Positions 19,357 to 28,402 of a DNA stretch of 64,000 nucleotides are shown here, in pieces. Source of the stretch: Candidatus Latescibacterota bacterium. Lineage in GTDB: Bacteria; Latescibacterota; UBA2968; UBA8231. The DNA is taken from NCBI GenBank assembly GCA_965203175.1, contig OZ241867.1:1952001-2016000 (forward strand), given 5' to 3'. The translations under genes were made by a program, and so were the position numbers. A model generated the notes under the pieces. The model made no database searches, was not told the origin of the DNA, and saw nothing but the letters and a program-made list of their open reading frames with translations. Numbering within the stretch: the first letter of the stretch is position 1; each line of letters opens with the position of its first letter.

Positions 19357-21522
19357 ATGACAGGCATCGTGTTGCTCTGTTTTTGCGGCGTCTTGCTGGG
19401 TGCTGCGCCCGTGTTGGGGGGGACGGAATACCGCTTAGGTGGGACCGATGGCAACCCTTGGCAGGCCATCCTGACCGGAGAAAGCATGTACCAGGCCTTT
19501 GCTGCCGACGGCCAAGTCGAGCGCCAAGTGTCCGTGGGAATCTCGCCCTTTGGTGTGGGGGCCGATACCTTGATCGACTTTTCCAGCACCTCAATCCAAC
19601 CTCGGCTTATTGACCCATCCGTCAATATCGCCCGGGCCGATGTCAATGCCGGCAGAACCACCATCCCTTTGCCCTATATCCCCGGCTCTAGGGTCCTCAG
19701 CACGGATCACTGTATTGCCTGGGGCAATTTTCAGCCTTCGATCAAGCTGATGCTGGATGGCGATCCGACCACGGCTGCCTTCCGCACCTTTGTCCAAAAG
19801 GAGGGGGCTCCGCCGGGCGTAGGATCTACCTGGACCAATTCCGTAGTATTCGATTTCGGCGCGGGTGTGCCCATCAATCGCATCCGCTTCTTCCCCCGTC
19901 TGAGTCGGAGGGAGGATCACCAGTTGATCCAGACTATGGACGCGCCCACGCCGGAGGTGGATATCTTCGGCGAAGACAGCTTCTTGGCCAACTTCCTCGC
20001 TTGGTATGAAATCCGCACCGGCGACAACTCCATCGTCTTTGCCCCGGACCCCTGTAGCGGTAGCGGCAGCCTCACCTGCAGCGTGTGTAAAGCGGGAATT
20101 TCCAGCGATGTAGCGACGAGCAAGCGGCGCACCGTTTTGGGCGACTTGCGGTGGGTGCGCAATGGCGATCCCCTGCTGACGGTGCTCGAATCCACCCGTG
20201 AAAACCTCGATCCCATCGTCGATATGCACTTTCCCACGCGCTCGACCCGCTGGCTCACCCTGCGCACTTTTCCCCTGCGCGACTATGAAATCGCCGAATT
20301 CGAAATCTACGGCGACGGCTACGTCCACGAGACGACCTACCTAACGCCCATCCTCGACTTCGGACAAGCCGTCACCTGGGGCAAAATACGCTGGGAAGGC
20401 GACATGCCCGACGGCACCCGCATTCAGATTCGCACCCGCACTGGCCACACCCCCGATCCCCAACTTTACTTCGCACCCAATATCAACGACGAACTCATAC
20501 TCATCACCCGCGCCCAATACGACAAAATCGACAAAGCCGCTCAACTGCTGCCCACCTACGATGCCGACAACTGGAGCTTCTGGTCGCCACCCTACGACTT
20601 TGCCGCTGGCCTGCGCAACCCCAACCAGCCGGCCAGCGCCTGGCAGGACGGCATGCTGCTTTTGTCGCCCGGTCCCAGCCGATACATCCAAATCGCCATC
20701 AAGCTCTTCGCCGACTTCCATGTGGCCCCGCGCCTGGACCAACTCACCTTGCAGTTGAGCGAAACCCTGTCGGCGCAAGCGCTCGTCGGCGAGATCTGGC
20801 CTATCGAGGTTTCCTCGTTTGAACCCACGCCTTTTACCTATGTGGTCTTGCCCACCCTCAGCGACGACAACGCCGGCTTTGACCGCCTGGAAATCCTCAC
20901 CCATGTCCAAGCCCACGCCGTACGCGCCGTGCGCATCGATGGCCAGCCGGTAGACTTAGACCAGTTCGTCCCGGATCTGCTCGATGATCGCCTGATTGTG
21001 TCCTTCCCACCGCTGGCGGGCAGCGCCGACAACTTCAAGCAGATCGAGGTCGACTTCGACGTGCCAGTGCTGCGCTTTGGCACCGAGTTCAGCGGCTGGG
21101 TGTTCAACAGCACAGATCCCGATCAGATCCGCCAGCGGATCGATCCGGGCAATGCCACCTTCCGCTTTGCCGGCGACTTGCTGGCGGTCAACACGCCGGT
21201 GGGAGGCGATCTGCTGGTGGATGTGCAGGTGCCCGAGGTGTTCACCCCCAACGGCGATGGGATCAACGAGACGTTGACCATCACCTACAAGCTGCGCGAG
21301 GTCACTGCCGAGCGGCCGGTGCAGGTGCGCATCTACGACTTGGCGGGTCGGCTGGTGGCGCATTTGCCCGTGCTCAAGGTGCGCAGCGGGGTCTTCATCC
21401 AGGAGTGGAATGGCCGCGACGAACAGGACGCGTTGGTGCAGCCCGGCACCTATATCTACGAATTGACGCTCGATTCCGAGGAGCAATACACCCAACGAGG
21501 CGTCTTTGCCATCGCCTATTGA
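19357..21522 (+). CDS. Secreted FlgD-Ig/CHU_C-domain protein, tandem copy 1
   Basis: AAGGAG-ATG 19357, 721 aa. Motifs LDGDPTT, EIAEFEIYG, IRTRTG, WSFWS, SPGPSRY, GEIWP, FTPNGDGINE. Confidence 0.85.
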   Translation: MTGIVLLCFCGVLLGAAPVLGGTEYRLGGTDGNPWQAILTGESMYQAFAADGQVERQVSVGISPFGVGADTLIDFSSTSIQPRLIDPSVNIARADVNAGRTTIPLPYIPGSRVLSTDHCIAWGNFQPSIKLMLDGDPTTAAFRTFVQKEGAPPGVGSTWTNSVVFDFGAGVPINRIRFFPRLSRREDHQLIQTMDAPTPEVDIFGEDSFLANFLAWYEIRTGDNSIVFAPDPCSGSGSLTCSVCKAGISSDVATSKRRTVLGDLRWVRNGDPLLTVLESTRENLDPIVDMHFPTRSTRWLTLRTFPLRDYEIAEFEIYGDGYVHETTYLTPILDFGQAVTWGKIRWEGDMPDGTRIQIRTRTGHTPDPQLYFAPNINDELILITRAQYDKIDKAAQLLPTYDADNWSFWSPPYDFAAGLRNPNQPASAWQDGMLLLSPGPSRYIQIAIKLFADFHVAPRLDQLTLQLSETLSAQALVGEIWPIEVSSFEPTPFTYVVLPTLSDDNAGFDRLEILTHVQAHAVRAVRIDGQPVDLDQFVPDLLDDRLIVSFPPLAGSADNFKQIEVDFDVPVLRFGTEFSGWVFNSTDPDQIRQRIDPGNATFRFAGDLLAVNTPVGGDLLVDVQVPEVFTPNGDGINETLTITYKLREVTAERPVQVRIYDLAGRLVAHLPVLKVRSGVFIQEWNGRDEQDALVQPGTYIYELTLDSEEQYTQRGVFAIAY

Positions 21523-21630
21523 AAGAAGCATAGAAGAGATTTTGTTTCAAAACGCTGAGCTTGAGTGTATACTTAAATTTCGCAACCTTTGAACTGCACA
21601 CTGTATTGATGAAGCAGCAAGGAGGAAGTT

Positions 21631-23796
21631 ATGGCAGGCATCGTGTTGCTCTGTCTTTGCAGCGTCTTACTCGGTGCTGCGCCCGTGTTAGGGGGGACGG
21701 AATACCGCTTAGGTGGGACCGATGGCAATCCCTGGCAGGCTATCCTGGCCGGGGAAAGCATCTACCAAGCCTTTGCTGCCGACGGTCAAGTCGAGCGCCA
21801 AGTGTCCGTGGGCGTTTCGCCCTTTGGCGTGGGCGCTGATACCTTGATCGACTTTTCCGGCACCTCGATTCAGCCCCGGTTCATTGACCCATCCGTCAAT
21901 ATCGCCCGGGCCGATGTCAATGCCGGGAAGACTATCATTCCCCTGCCCTATATTCCCGGTTCCAGAGTCCTCAGCACAGATCACTGTATTTTCTGGGGCA
22001 ATTTTCAACCTTCGATCAAGCTAATGCTGGATGGCGATCCGACCACGGCCACCTTCCGCACGTTTGTCCAAAAGGAGGGGGCTCCGCCGGGCGTAGGATC
22101 TACCTGGACCAATTCCGTGGTATTCGATTTTGGCGCGGGTGTGCCCATCAATCGCATTCGCTTCTTCCCCCGCCTGAGTCGCAGAGAGGATCACCAGTTG
22201 ATCCAGACTATGGAGACACCTACGCCGGAGGTGGAGATCTTTGGCGAAGACAGCTTCTTGGCCAACTTCCTCGCTTGGTATGAAATCCGCACCGGCGACA
22301 ACTCCATCGTCTTTGCCCCGGACCCCTGTAGCGGTAGCGGTAGTCTCACCTGCGCCGAGTGTAGAGCGGGGGCTTCCGGCACTGTAGCGACGAGCAAGCG
22401 GCGCACCGTTTTGGGCGACTTGCGGTGGGTGCGCAATAGCGATCCCCTGCTGACCGTACTCGAATCTACCCGCGAAAACCTCAATCCCGTCGTCGATATG
22501 CGCTTCCCCACGCGCTCGACCCGTTGGCTCACCTTGCGCACCTTCCCCCTGCGCGACTATGAAATCGCCGAATTCGAAATCTACGGCGACGGCTACGTCC
22601 ACGAGACAACCTACCTAACGCCCATCCTCGACTTCGGACAACCCGTCACTTGGGGCAAAATACGCTGGGAAGGGGACATGCCCGACGGCACCCGCGTCGA
22701 GATTCGCACCCGCACCGGCCACACCCCCGATCCCCAACTTTACTTCGCACCCAATATCAACGACGAGCTTATACCCATCACCCGCACCCAATACGACAAA
22801 ATCGACAAAGCCGCTCAACTGCTGCCCATCTACGATGCCGACAACTGGAGCTTCTGGTCGCCGCCCTACGACTTTGCCGCTGGCCTGCGCAACCCCAACC
22901 AGCCGGCCAGCGCCTGGCAGGACGGCATGCTGCTTTTGTCGCCCGGTCCCAGCCAATACATCCAAATCGCCATCAAGCTCTTCGCCGACTTCAATGCGGC
23001 CCCTCGCCTGGACCAACTCACTCTGCAGTTGAGCGAAACCCTGTCGGCACAGGCGCTCGTCGGCGAGATCTGGCCTATTGAGGTCAACTCCTTTGACCCC
23101 ACGCCCTTTACCTATGTGGTCTTGCCCACCCTCAACGACGACAACGCCGGCTTTGACCGCTTGGAAATCCTCACCCACGTCCGGGTGCATGCGGTGCGTG
23201 CGGTGCGTCTGGATGGGCAGCCGGTGGATCTGGATGCGTTCGTCCCCGACCTGCTCGATGATCGCCTGATTGTGTCCTTCCCGCCGCTGACGGGCAGCGC
23301 CGACAACTTCAAGCAGGTCGAGGTCGACTTTGACGTGCCCGTGCTGCGCTTTGGCACCGAGTTCAGCGGCTGGGTGTTCAACAGCACAGATCCCGATCAG
23401 ATCCGCCAGCGCATTGATCCAGGCAACGCCACGTTCCGCTTTGAGGGCGACTTGCTAGCGGTCAACACGCCGGTAGGGGGCGATCTGTTGGTGGATGTGC
23501 AGGTACCCGAGGTGTTCACCCCCAACGGCGATGGGATCAACGAGACGTTGACCATCACCTACAAGCTGCGCGAGGTCACTGCCGAGCGGCCGGTGCAGGT
23601 GCGCATCTACGACTTGGCGGGTCGGCTGGTGGCGCATTTGCCCGTGCTCAAGGTGCGCAGCGGGGTTTTCATCCAAGAGTGGACCGGCCGCGACGGAGAA
23701 GATGCCTTGGTTCAGCCCGGCACCTATATCTACGAATTGACGCTCGATTCCGAGGAGCAATACACTCAACGAGGCGTCTTTGCCATCGCCTATTGA
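21631..23796 (+). CDS. Secreted FlgD-Ig/CHU_C-domain protein, tandem copy 2
   Basis: Same length (721 aa) as copy 1 and near-identical to it. Confidence 0.85.
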   Translation: MAGIVLLCLCSVLLGAAPVLGGTEYRLGGTDGNPWQAILAGESIYQAFAADGQVERQVSVGVSPFGVGADTLIDFSGTSIQPRFIDPSVNIARADVNAGKTIIPLPYIPGSRVLSTDHCIFWGNFQPSIKLMLDGDPTTATFRTFVQKEGAPPGVGSTWTNSVVFDFGAGVPINRIRFFPRLSRREDHQLIQTMETPTPEVEIFGEDSFLANFLAWYEIRTGDNSIVFAPDPCSGSGSLTCAECRAGASGTVATSKRRTVLGDLRWVRNSDPLLTVLESTRENLNPVVDMRFPTRSTRWLTLRTFPLRDYEIAEFEIYGDGYVHETTYLTPILDFGQPVTWGKIRWEGDMPDGTRVEIRTRTGHTPDPQLYFAPNINDELIPITRTQYDKIDKAAQLLPIYDADNWSFWSPPYDFAAGLRNPNQPASAWQDGMLLLSPGPSQYIQIAIKLFADFNAAPRLDQLTLQLSETLSAQALVGEIWPIEVNSFDPTPFTYVVLPTLNDDNAGFDRLEILTHVRVHAVRAVRLDGQPVDLDAFVPDLLDDRLIVSFPPLTGSADNFKQVEVDFDVPVLRFGTEFSGWVFNSTDPDQIRQRIDPGNATFRFEGDLLAVNTPVGGDLLVDVQVPEVFTPNGDGINETLTITYKLREVTAERPVQVRIYDLAGRLVAHLPVLKVRSGVFIQEWTGRDGEDALVQPGTYIYELTLDSEEQYTQRGVFAIAY

Positions 23797-23810
23797 AATC
23801 GGAATCTTTC

Positions 23811-23838
23811 TTGACACCCTATTCCTTTAGCATTTAAT
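23811..23838 (+). promoter_or_regulatory. Putative sigma-70 promoter
   Basis: TTGACA-16 nt-TTTAAT in the intergenic region before 23978. Confidence 0.45.
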
Positions 23839-23977
23839 TAGGGCATCTTTCCAGTGGTCCTTTGAATAGAAAGGAGGGGATTTAGGATAAGGATCGGGCT
23901 CGAATCGAGTTGATAGGGGTTTTTTCTCTCCTATCGTCAAGAATCCTTCTCTCTCTAACTGAAAGGTTCATGATAAG

Positions 23978-24880
23978 ATGAAAAGGAAGATAGCTATTTT
24001 GTGCAGTGTCTTTCTCGTCTTTGGGACCATTTCGGTGGCAAATGCACATTTGCCGCCGGGCGAGTTGTTTTTTGCTGCACAATTTCCAGATAACCTAGTT
24101 CCCACTATAGATGGGGACCACAGCGATTGGGACATTCTTCCCGAATCGCCTTATTCGATCTTCAATGATCGGCTTTTCGATCCCGCCCAGTTCCAGCAGG
24201 CGGCTCGTGGTGAGGTCGATATCTCCGATGCCAATATCCGGCACCGGTTTGGCTGGAATGAGAATTCCAACATGATCTACCTCGCCAGCCAAATTTACGA
24301 CAATATCCACAACATCGACCGCCCCTTTGGGAAATGTCACTGCCACGATGACAACTGGGAAATAGAAATCAACCCAGATCATTCTGCCAGTGAAGAGCAA
24401 AACCTCGAAGGGAATCCCGTCAACAACATCAGCTACAAGTGGGTCGTACCACCACTAGATGGGGTTTATCAGTCGATTGAGCCCATCGGCGATCTAGCTT
24501 GGTTGTCGGACGATACCGAGTTCGTCGACATGAGCTGGTCTTTCACCGGTGAACAATTCGGCGAATCGACGTACTTTTACGAGATCCGCCTCATTCCGAT
24601 CGATGCCCTCCCCCGGGAAGGCGCGACCCCGGACAATTCGTCTATCCACGACTTGGAAGAGGAAGAAATCATCCATATGTCGGTAACCATGGGTGATATC
24701 GACGTCGAAGAGGCAAACCACGCCTACAATGGCTTCTGGTCTTTGTCGCCGGAGAGCTGCTGTAAAGGCGTCAACGACTTCGTGATGGCACCTGTCGAGC
24801 CCGCACTGGAAGAACTGTCTGCCGCTACTGCTGTTGAAGAGACCAGTTGGGGGCATATCAAGGCCGGTTTCGACCGCTAG
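23978..24880 (+). CDS. Secreted acidic protein, CBM9/DOMON-like, with short C-terminal 'TAVEETSWGHIK' motif
   Basis: Signal peptide (ANA). PTIDGDHSDW...FGWNE...IYL...DDNWEIEINPDH...YFYEIR pattern typical of CBM9-like domains. Confidence 0.65.
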   Translation: MKRKIAILCSVFLVFGTISVANAHLPPGELFFAAQFPDNLVPTIDGDHSDWDILPESPYSIFNDRLFDPAQFQQAARGEVDISDANIRHRFGWNENSNMIYLASQIYDNIHNIDRPFGKCHCHDDNWEIEINPDHSASEEQNLEGNPVNNISYKWVVPPLDGVYQSIEPIGDLAWLSDDTEFVDMSWSFTGEQFGESTYFYEIRLIPIDALPREGATPDNSSIHDLEEEEIIHMSVTMGDIDVEEANHAYNGFWSLSPESCCKGVNDFVMAPVEPALEELSAATAVEETSWGHIKAGFDR

Positions 24881-25033
24881 AGGTCCCGATTTAAGCCGTT
24901 ACAATGTCTCCTGGGCAGGATGCCCGGGTTTTAAAGCTCCTGTTTCGCGCCATTTACGGGTGGGAAACAGGAGCTTTTTTATGCGTCGACCAGCCCTCGT
25001 TGTCTACTGTCCAGATTGATTTCCCTTGGCGTT

Positions 25034-27091
25034 ATGCTCCAAACCATCATTCACTCCACCAAATTTCAGATTCTATCCATTTTCTTGCTAGCGTTGGTAC
25101 TGCGTCTATTCTACCTAGCGGCCATACGCGACGCCCCCTATTTCCACACGCTTGTCATAGACGCCTTTGAATACGACCACTTAGCCACCCAAATCCTGCG
25201 GGGAAACTGGCTCCTCGACCCAGCCGTGGACATGTACGTGCATGGCCCCCTCTACCCGTACCTACTCGCCCTGCTCAAAGTAATCGGCTTCGACCATTTA
25301 GGCATTCTCCTGTTTCAAGCCGTGCTGGGCGCGCTGATCTGCGTCCTGATCCACCGCGTGGCCAGCTACCTTTTTCCCCATCCCATCCCCTTAGTCGCCG
25401 GTCTGCTAGCAGCCGGGTACTGGCCCTTCGTCTTTTACAACGGCCAACTCCTAGCCACAACATTAGTCATTCTCGTCGGATTGGGCTTGGCGGTCCTGCT
25501 CCTGCACTATGCGCCCAATCTGACCTACGGCAGCGCAGTCGGTGCCGGAATTCTGCTGGGCCTGCTGGTCATGGGACGCAGCAACACCCTGCTGCTGTTG
25601 CCCTTGCTCTTGGGATGGATCTACCAGAGCGCCGGTGGTCTTCCCAAGCGCCGGGTCACTTTAGTCTTAGCCTTTGCCCTGACCTTCTTCCTCATTCTGC
25701 TTCCCTTTTTCCTGCGCAACTATCAGGTCCAAGGCACGCCCATACCCTTCCAGGGCGGCTTCAGCTTCTATTTAGGCACCAATCCCGAAGCCGACGGCAC
25801 CCCTTATGTGCGCCAAGGAGCCCATTTCCAACGTCTCGAACTCATGCCTCTCCAACAGGGGTTTGACACTCCAGCGGCAAAGGGGGCCTTTTACACTGCC
25901 GAAGGCCTGCGATTTATTTACCGCGAGCCTCTGGCCTATTTCCATCTGCTCTATTGCAAATTTCGGCTCTTCTGGAACGCTTTTGAGATCCCAGTAAGTG
26001 CGGACCTGCGCTATTACGAGACGCACTTTCCGCTCTACCGGCTTTTCTTACTCAACTTTGGCCTAGTGGTGCCTTTTGCCCTAGTAGGCGTATTGTGGCA
26101 TTGGCGATGGACCTCCGCCTATACCCTGCCGCTCCTTTTCGTTCTGGCCTATCTATCCACCGGGCTCTTATTCGCGGTGTGCGCTCGCTACCGCTTGCCC
26201 GCCCTGCCCTTTTTACTGGTCTTTGCTGCCGCTGGAATTTGGCGTCTGAAGGAACTGCTGACCACCCGGGCCGTTCCACGCCTCGGCGTTTTTCTGCTGC
26301 TGCTGGCAGCGGCCTTCGCCCTAGTGCACACTGGGGTGGAGCCCCGGCAGGTGGACCATTTGCGCTCTCCTTGGCTGCTGGGCCATACTCAATTGCGCAA
26401 CAAGCAGTACGACCAAGCCGTACAGACCTTTACGCGCGGCCTAGAGCAATTTCCCGATGACTCCGACATCTACAACAGCTTGGGCGTGGCCTACCAGTAC
26501 TTGGGCAAGTCTGACGAAGCCGAAGCGGCCTTCCTACGCGCAGTAGAGCTAGTCCCCGATCACGCCAAACCCTGGTTCAATTTGGGCAAACTCTACCTGA
26601 GTCAGCGACGTTTGGAGCAAGCGCGGCACGCTTTTGCGCAAAGCCTAAAACGCGATCCCCGACCAGCCAATGCCCATCCGGCGTACCACAACTTGGGCTA
26701 TGTCTTCTTCTTCCAAAAAGACTTTCAACAAGCTCGCCAAGCCTTTGAACGGGCGCTGCACAACAGAGAGACTGCCCAAACCTATTACAGTCTCTCCCAC
26801 GTCTTTGCCAATCTGAATCTGATAGCCGAACAAATCCACGCCCTCGAACAAGCCGTCCGGCTCAAACCCGACTTTGTCCCTGCCCATCGGAACTTAGGTG
26901 CACTCCATATGCAACGGGGCTCCTACGAGGCAGCGGAAAGCTTCCTGCTCCAAGTCATCAAATACGATGCCCAATCGATCACAGCCCATCGCAATTTAGG
27001 CGTCCTCTACGAGAAAATGGAGCGAACGGAACACGCCCGCCTAGCTCGTGCTCGGGCAGACCAATTGCAGCGCTCAGGTGCTGGCCATTAA
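25034..27091 (+). CDS. GT-C fold glycosyltransferase (PMT_2-like) with C-terminal TPRs
   Basis: DAFEY, GPLYPY, SFYLGTNP and RYRLP motifs plus TPRs. Paralog of 14798..17077. Confidence 0.82.
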   Translation: MLQTIIHSTKFQILSIFLLALVLRLFYLAAIRDAPYFHTLVIDAFEYDHLATQILRGNWLLDPAVDMYVHGPLYPYLLALLKVIGFDHLGILLFQAVLGALICVLIHRVASYLFPHPIPLVAGLLAAGYWPFVFYNGQLLATTLVILVGLGLAVLLLHYAPNLTYGSAVGAGILLGLLVMGRSNTLLLLPLLLGWIYQSAGGLPKRRVTLVLAFALTFFLILLPFFLRNYQVQGTPIPFQGGFSFYLGTNPEADGTPYVRQGAHFQRLELMPLQQGFDTPAAKGAFYTAEGLRFIYREPLAYFHLLYCKFRLFWNAFEIPVSADLRYYETHFPLYRLFLLNFGLVVPFALVGVLWHWRWTSAYTLPLLFVLAYLSTGLLFAVCARYRLPALPFLLVFAAAGIWRLKELLTTRAVPRLGVFLLLLAAAFALVHTGVEPRQVDHLRSPWLLGHTQLRNKQYDQAVQTFTRGLEQFPDDSDIYNSLGVAYQYLGKSDEAEAAFLRAVELVPDHAKPWFNLGKLYLSQRRLEQARHAFAQSLKRDPRPANAHPAYHNLGYVFFFQKDFQQARQAFERALHNRETAQTYYSLSHVFANLNLIAEQIHALEQAVRLKPDFVPAHRNLGALHMQRGSYEAAESFLLQVIKYDAQSITAHRNLGVLYEKMERTEHARLARARADQLQRSGAGH

Positions 27092-27100
27092 CTGGGCTTT

Positions 27101-28402
27101 TCAAAAGCGGATGGTAAAACGGGTCGGCTCGTCTGGAGGGCTTTCGAGGGAAAAGGCAAAACCGTGCCGGCTCAAAATCTCCTGCACCAACGTCAGGCCG
27201 AGGCCGCGCCGGTTTTCCTTGGTGCTGAAAAACGGCGTGAACAGGCTCTCAGCCGCTTCCGGGTCGATACCCGCGCCCGTATCCTCGACCACGGCAAAGG
27301 CCCGGTCTTGGAGCTTGCCTAGACGAATGGTTATCCTGCCGCCTTCGCCAATGGCCTCCACTGCATTTTTCAGGATATTGACAAACGCCTGCTCCATCTG
27401 GTTTTCGTCCATGGCGATGGGTTTCAGGTCCGCCTGAATATCCCAGTCCCACTCGATGTTGCGGCGCTCGCACTCGGCGCGCATCAGCACGGCGATGTCG
27501 CGCAACAGGGCTTCCAAGTCCACGGGCTGCAAGTGCGGTGCCGGCAGTTTGACCACCTCGGCAAAGCTGCGCATGAAGGCGCTGAGATGATCGATGCGGT
27601 CGCTGGCCACTTGCAGGGCGTTTTCAAAATCGCCGCGGTCGGCCTCCCGCAATTGTTCCTTGTAGTTGAGGCACGAGTGCAGCAGGGAATTGACTGCTCC
27701 CGTTGAATTGTTCACCTCGTGTGCCAACAGGCGGATGACTTTCTCGTAGGCCGCCTTCTCCGACAGGCGCAATTCCTCGGTCAATTCCTCCATCAGGATA
27801 AAGCTGCGCGGAAATCCCTGGTCCAAAAACTGCGCCTTGTGACAACGCACTCGCTGCCCTTGCACCGGCAGCACCTGCGACTCACCGACGGCCAAAGCGT
27901 GCAAGGCACAGGCAAATGCCGTGCCCAACTCGTCCAATGACTGGCCGACCACCGCGCTTTCGGCTAGCCCCAGCAGGCGGCTAGCGCTGGGATTGACTAG
28001 AGCGACCTTGCCATCGAAGTCGAGGGTGATAATGCCCGACGGTGAGGCCGTCAGGATCTTGTCCATGAAGTAGTGCTGTTCCTGTAGCCGCGTGCGCTCT
28101 TCGCGCAATTGGTCGATCATGCGGTTGTACACGCGCACGAGCTGATCCATTTCCGGCTGGCCCACTTCGACGAACTTGCTGGTAAAATCGCGCTCGCCGA
28201 TGAGTTCGGCACCCGTGCGGATCAGATCGAGCGGCACCCAAAAATGCTGGATCAAGCGCACGCCGACGGCAAAAGACAGGATGAAGAATGCCTCGATCCC
28301 CAACAGCCAAAACTTTTCTTCGCGCAGCAAGTACCCAGCAAGCCCCGCGAAGACGAGGTGGATCCCGATCAGGTAGAGGATGAGTTTGGTGCGCAGGCTC
28401 AA
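27101..28402 (-). CDS. NtrY-like sensor histidine kinase (TM, HAMP-like, PAS, HATPase)
   Basis: H-box AHEVNN, N-box NILKNAVEA, DTGAGI, FTPFFSTK, GLGL. Confidence 0.92.
   Translation of the reverse strand: MSLRTKLILYLIGIHLVFAGLAGYLLREEKFWLLGIEAFFILSFAVGVRLIQHFWVPLDLIRTGAELIGERDFTSKFVEVGQPEMDQLVRVYNRMIDQLREERTRLQEQHYFMDKILTASPSGIITLDFDGKVALVNPSASRLLGLAESAVVGQSLDELGTAFACALHALAVGESQVLPVQGQRVRCHKAQFLDQGFPRSFILMEELTEELRLSEKAAYEKVIRLLAHEVNNSTGAVNSLLHSCLNYKEQLREADRGDFENALQVASDRIDHLSAFMRSFAEVVKLPAPHLQPVDLEALLRDIAVLMRAECERRNIEWDWDIQADLKPIAMDENQMEQAFVNILKNAVEAIGEGGRITIRLGKLQDRAFAVVEDTGAGIDPEAAESLFTPFFSTKENRRGLGLTLVQEILSRHGFAFSLESPPDEPTRFTIRF

Larger units (their letters stand above)
19341..23798 (+). 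repeat. ~2.2 kb direct tandem duplication
   Basis: Similarity runs from cagcaaggag (RBS) to gcctattgaaa (just past the stop) in both copies, with a ~90-nt unique spacer. Confidence 0.9.

Noticed and set aside
19341-23798. Diversity-generating retroelement template/variable pair
   Set aside because: The differences are not adenine-specific, the repeat is a whole gene, and no reverse transcriptase is in the window.
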